Source of the DNA: Amphiscolops sp. MND2022
Taxonomy: Eukaryota
Length of the DNA: 64,000 nucleotides
Reading direction: 5' to 3'
Assembly: GCA_964187785.1 (NCBI GenBank)
Contig: OZ076410.1
Location: 86,490,001-86,554,000 of the forward strand
Made by a program: the position numbers and the translations under genes. The notes under the pieces were generated by a model, which made no database searches, had not been told where the DNA came from, and saw only the letters and a program-made list of their open reading frames with translations. Each line of letters starts with the position of its first letter. The stretch's first letter is position 1. This document shows positions 62,801-64,000 of the stretch, in pieces.

Positions 62801-64000
62801 CTCGCCTCATACCATGATCCCACACGTCCTCTTTGTGTTCCTCAACAAGCTCTCAACCTTGATGATGATTTTCTTCTACCAACTAACATTCCTAAGAGTG
62901 ATCCTAATTACTTCTCAGAAACGAATGAATTCGTTGAAAATACACTTGATGACCACTCTCGCTCTCTTTACACCTCACTCGTAAATAAGCATTATTCTAT
63001 CGCACAACTCAGTTTCGTACTTGCAAAACTCTCTTCTTTCAATTTGAACGAAAAATATAAAAATTTTCCTGCTACTACTAATTTTCCAGATGAAATCAAG
63101 AAACTTTCTCACACATTCCTCCTTCATCCACAACTCCAGAAGTTCCACATGCATCTCCTCCCACTTTCACTCAAGCGCTCTCGTCTTCTTATGTATTACA
63201 AACTGCGAACCCTAATGTTTGTATTAACTACTTCTCTTGTTCAACTGACTAATTTGGTAATGAAATTCTAGATCTCCTCCGTCCACATATTGAACTCGCT
63301 CCTACTACTGTTCCCTGTGTACTTTTAACTCATGATTTTGACACCTATCGTACTCTTCAAAATCTTCTCCAACTCCATAGCAATCATATCCAAACTCTCA
63401 CTCTATCTAAAATTCACAATAACTACTTTCTTAAAAAAACTTGATCTCCTTGAAACTCCTACTCAAGTCACCAACTATTCTTGAATTCTCCTATATTTTA
63501 CCTCCACTCCTCCATTTTTAACCTTCACTCCTTTACAAATTCCATTCCAAACGTTTTCCAACCTCAGGTAACAAAAAAGTACTAAGAAACAAAACCAAAT
63601 TTAAATTCTTTTTCAAAATACTACAAAACAATTTTTCCTTTTCAAAAATTTCTTCAAAGTTTCTCTTTTCTCATCAATTGATCAACTTGTTAACTATTCA
63701 AATTGTGACAAAATCCTCATAGTGTTAACTTTTTCTCATCAAAACATAATTATTTTCCATTTTTTCACCTTAACTTGTTCCATGTTGACTCGTAATTTTC
63801 TCTAGTCCACTTATTCTGGGTTTCACAAAAAAGCGCTTTCGGTCAATCCAGTTGTATAGACGTCTCAATATAAAAGTCTCTAAATTTTCCCAAGATAATC
63901 AAATTAAAAAAGTCGACGACTTTTCTCAAGATGTCCTGCGACTCTTAAAACATCTCTTCTCATCTTACGATTCTCAAACTCCTTCTCTCAATAATATTAA
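59890..64000 (+). pseudogene. Gypsy family C: integrase C-end and a very long decayed post-integrase tail
   Basis: IHRNLVLP (cf. HRNHILP at the end of the gypsy B integrase), RYNLR, an S/P/T-rich spacer, and the VPQ-L-DFLL-NIP motif shared with gypsy A. Interrupted by the N gap. Confidence 0.6.
62489..62688. other. Scaffold gap (200 N)
   Basis: Exactly 200 N, probably an arbitrary gap size. True adjacency of the two sides is unverified. Confidence 0.98.

Overview
Eukaryotic (metazoan-type), AT-rich, repeat-dense DNA. I found no intact host gene, no RNA gene and no CRISPR array; the host species cannot be determined from this window. Almost everything is decayed, nested mobile DNA. (1) Three related large Ty3/gypsy remnants (A 1-11860, B 23130-36860, C 59890-64000) carry unusual accessory parts: a 2-TM ORF before gag, a probable antisense ORF, an RS-rich nucleocapsid and a very long post-integrase tail. 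(2) A BEL/Pao 5' half on the minus strand (18533-22794) is interrupted by a 1.13-kb CAC...GTG terminal-inverted-repeat element that carries a captured exon of the host helicase gene ASCC3, with its splice acceptor. (3) An endogenous Polinton/Maverick (protease, penton, integrase, major capsid, pPolB; about 37150-58120) has two full-length Ty1/copia elements inserted in it. (4) There is a ~0.5-0.6 kb satellite, a 234-bp-arm inverted repeat and several minisatellites. On top of this, at least six kb-scale or near-kb head-to-tail tandem duplications (about 6984, 2931, 4865, 748, 1821 x3 and 2767 bp) ignore element boundaries and have microhomology or templated-insertion junctions; the extra copies make up about a quarter of the window. 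A 200-N scaffold gap lies at 62489-62688. All homology calls come from motif recognition and manual translation, not database searches.
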